Shown piece after piece: positions 61,901 to 64,000 of a DNA stretch of 64,000 nucleotides. The translations under genes and the position numbers were made by a program. The notes below the pieces were generated by a model that was not told the DNA's origin, did no database searches, and was given only the letters and a program-made list of their open reading frames with translations. The DNA comes from the human T2T-CHM13v2.0 reference genome, Homo sapiens. The stretch lies in the NCBI RefSeq assembly GCF_009914755.1, contig NC_060940.1; one strand, given 5' to 3'. Within the stretch, counting starts at the first letter, position 1; every line of letters begins with the position of its first letter.

Positions 61901-63068
61901 ATTTACAGAACACTCCACCTGTTAACCACAGAACATACATATTTTTCAACTGCACATGGAGCATATTCCAAGATCAACCACATGCTCAGCCATAAAATGA
62001 GTCTCAATAAATTCAAAAAAATTGAAATCATACCAGCCATACTTTCAGAACAGAGTGGAATAAAATTATTAATCAATACCAAGAGGATATCCCCAAACCA
62101 CACAACCACATGGAAATTAAACAATTTGCTCCCAGATTACTTTTGAATAAACAACAAAATTAAGGCAGAAATCCAAAAATTATTTGAAATAAACAAAAAC
62201 AGAGACACAACATAAAATTTCTGAGATGTAGCAAAAGCAGTGTCAAGACCAAAGTCTGTAGCTCTAAATGCCTACCTCAAAAAGTAAGAAAGATCTCACA
62301 GAGATTTTTAATTTAACATCACGTCTTGAGGAACTAGAAAAACCAGAACAAACTAACTCCAAAGATAGCAGAAGAAAACTAAAATCAGAGCAGAACTGAA
62401 TGAGACCCAAAAATTCACATAAAGAATCAATGAAACCAAAAGCGTGTGTTTTTATTTTTGTTTTTTTTTTTTTTTTTTGAGACAGAGTCTCACTCTGTCA
62501 TCCAGGCTGGATGACGATGGCATGGTCTTGGCTCACTGCAACCTCTGCCTCCTGGGTTCCAGCAATTATCCCGCCTCAGCCTCTTGAGTAGCTGGGACTA
62601 CAGGCGTGTGCCACCACACACGGCTAATTTTTGTATTTTTAGTAGAGATGGGGTTTCACTATGTTGGTCAGGCTGGTCTCGAACTCCTGACCTCATGACC
62701 CACCCGCCTCGGCCTCCCAAAGTGTTGCAATTACAGGTGTGAGCCACTGCACCCGGCCTGAAAACTGGGTTCTTTGAAAGGATAAACATGACTGACAGAC
62801 TGCTAGCTGGATTAACAAAAAATGAGAGAAGATCAAACTAAGCACAAGCAGAAATGACAAAGGTGACATTACAACCAATCCCACAGAAGTACAAAAGATA
62901 CTCAGAGACTATTATGAACACCTTTATGCATACAAACCAGAAAATCCAGAGGAAATGGATAAATTTCTGGAAATACATAAACTCCCAAGATAAAATCAGA
63001 AAGACATTGAAACTCTGAACAGACCAATATTTTTTTCTGAAATTGAATCAGTAATAAAAATCCTATCA
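58930..63068 (+). mobile_element. old L1 (L1PB/L1MA-like) with 5' UTR, decayed ORF1 and ORF2 start (ATG 61370); contains Alus at 60244-60546 (+) and about 62450-62758 (-)
   Basis: ORF1 remnant YKGNPIRLTADL; endonuclease remnants (ATGACAGGATCAAA..., IILGGFNTPLTVLD). Confidence 0.85.
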
Positions 63069-64000
63069 GGGGGAGGAGCCAAGATGGCCGAATAGGAACA
63101 GCTCTGGTCTACAGCTCCCAGCGTGAGCAACGCAGAAGACAGCTGATTTCTGCATTTCCATCTGAGGTACCGGGTTCATCTCACTAGGGAGTGCCAGACA
63201 GTGGGCGCAGGTCAGTGGGTGCGTGCACCATGCGCGAGCCGAAGCAGGGCGAGGCATTGCCTCACTCTGGAAGCGCAAGGGGTCAGGGAGTTCCCTTTCC
63301 TAGTCAAAGAAAGGGGTGACGGATGGCACCTGGAAAATCAGGCCACTCCCACCCGAATACTGCGCTTTTCTGACGGGCTTAAAAAACGGCGCACCACGAG
63401 ATTATATCCCGCACCTGGCTCAGAGGGTCCTACGACCACGGAGTCTCGCTGATTGCTAGCACAGCAGTCTGAGATCAATCTGCAAGGCAGCAGCGAGGCT
63501 GGGGGAGGGGCGCCTGCCATTGCCCAGGCTGGCTTAGGTAAACAAAGCAGCCGGGAAGCTCCAACTGGGTGGAGCCCACCACAGCTCAAGGAGGCCTGCC
63601 TGCCTCTGTAGGCTCCACCTCTGGGGGCAGGGCACAGACAAACAAAAAGACAGCAGTAACCTCTGCAGACTTAAATGTCCCTGTCTGACAGCTTTGAAGA
63701 GAGCAGTGGTTCTCCCAGTACGCAGCTGGAGATCTGAGAAGGGGCAGACTGCCTCCTCAAGTGGGTGCCTGACCCCTGACCTCTGAGCAGCCTAACTGGG
63801 AGGCAACCTCCAACGGGGGCACACTGACACCTCACACGGCAGGGTACTCCAGCAGACCTGCAGCTGAGGGTCCTGTTTGTTAGAAGGAAAACTAAGAAAC
63901 AGAAAGGACATCCACACCAAAAACCCATCTGTACATTACCATCATCAAAGACCAAAAGTAGATAAAACCACAAAGATGGGGAAAAACAGAACAGAAAAAC
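63069..64000 (+). mobile_element. young L1PA (PA2/PA3-like) with complete 5' UTR, running off the window; ORF1 ATG at 63976
   Basis: GGGGGAGGAGCCAAGATGGCCGAATAGGAACAGC start with intact YY1 site; 907-nt CpG-rich UTR; ATGGGGAAAAACAGAAC ORF1 start. Confidence 0.95.
63338..63520 (-). pseudogene. L1 ORF0, prematurely stopped at 60 aa
   Basis: MAGAPPPASLLPCRLISDCCASNQRDSVVVGPSEPGAGYNLVVRRFLSPSEKRSIRVGVA* matches recalled primate L1 ORF0 (71 aa when intact). Confidence 0.8.

Overview
Human genomic DNA containing the 3' part of PLCG2 (phospholipase C gamma 2) on the + strand. Fourteen coding exons were reconstructed by hand from GT-AG junctions; they correspond to exons 20-33 of the recalled reference numbering. 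They encode the C-terminal half of the cSH2 domain, the Y753/Y759 linker, SH3, the second half of the split PH domain, the Y catalytic box, C2 and the C-terminal tail, with stop TAG at 43747-43749. A tandem 3' UTR follows, with a proximal AATAAA at 44023 and a distal one at 48402. About 15 kb of L1/Alu/MaLR-rich intergenic DNA comes next and ends in the 5' UTR of a young L1PA nested in an older L1. The most striking element is a near-intact, sense-oriented, tailless 7SK snRNA retrocopy (about 240 nt, 13-bp TSD) inside the long 3' UTR. It retains the HEXIM-binding hairpin but lacks the LARP7 hairpin. Other observations: inverted Alus around the in-frame exon 20-22 block, which would form a stop-free circle; an interstitial (CCCTAA)n tract before exon 22; an exon 26 acceptor with no polypyrimidine tract; an internal acceptor 65 nt into exon 28; and an L1 antisense promoter/ORF0 aimed back at PLCG2. 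Most ORFs in the supplied track are repeat-derived or chance. Repeat subfamily calls and reference comparisons come from memory of consensus sequences, and repeat boundaries are approximate.
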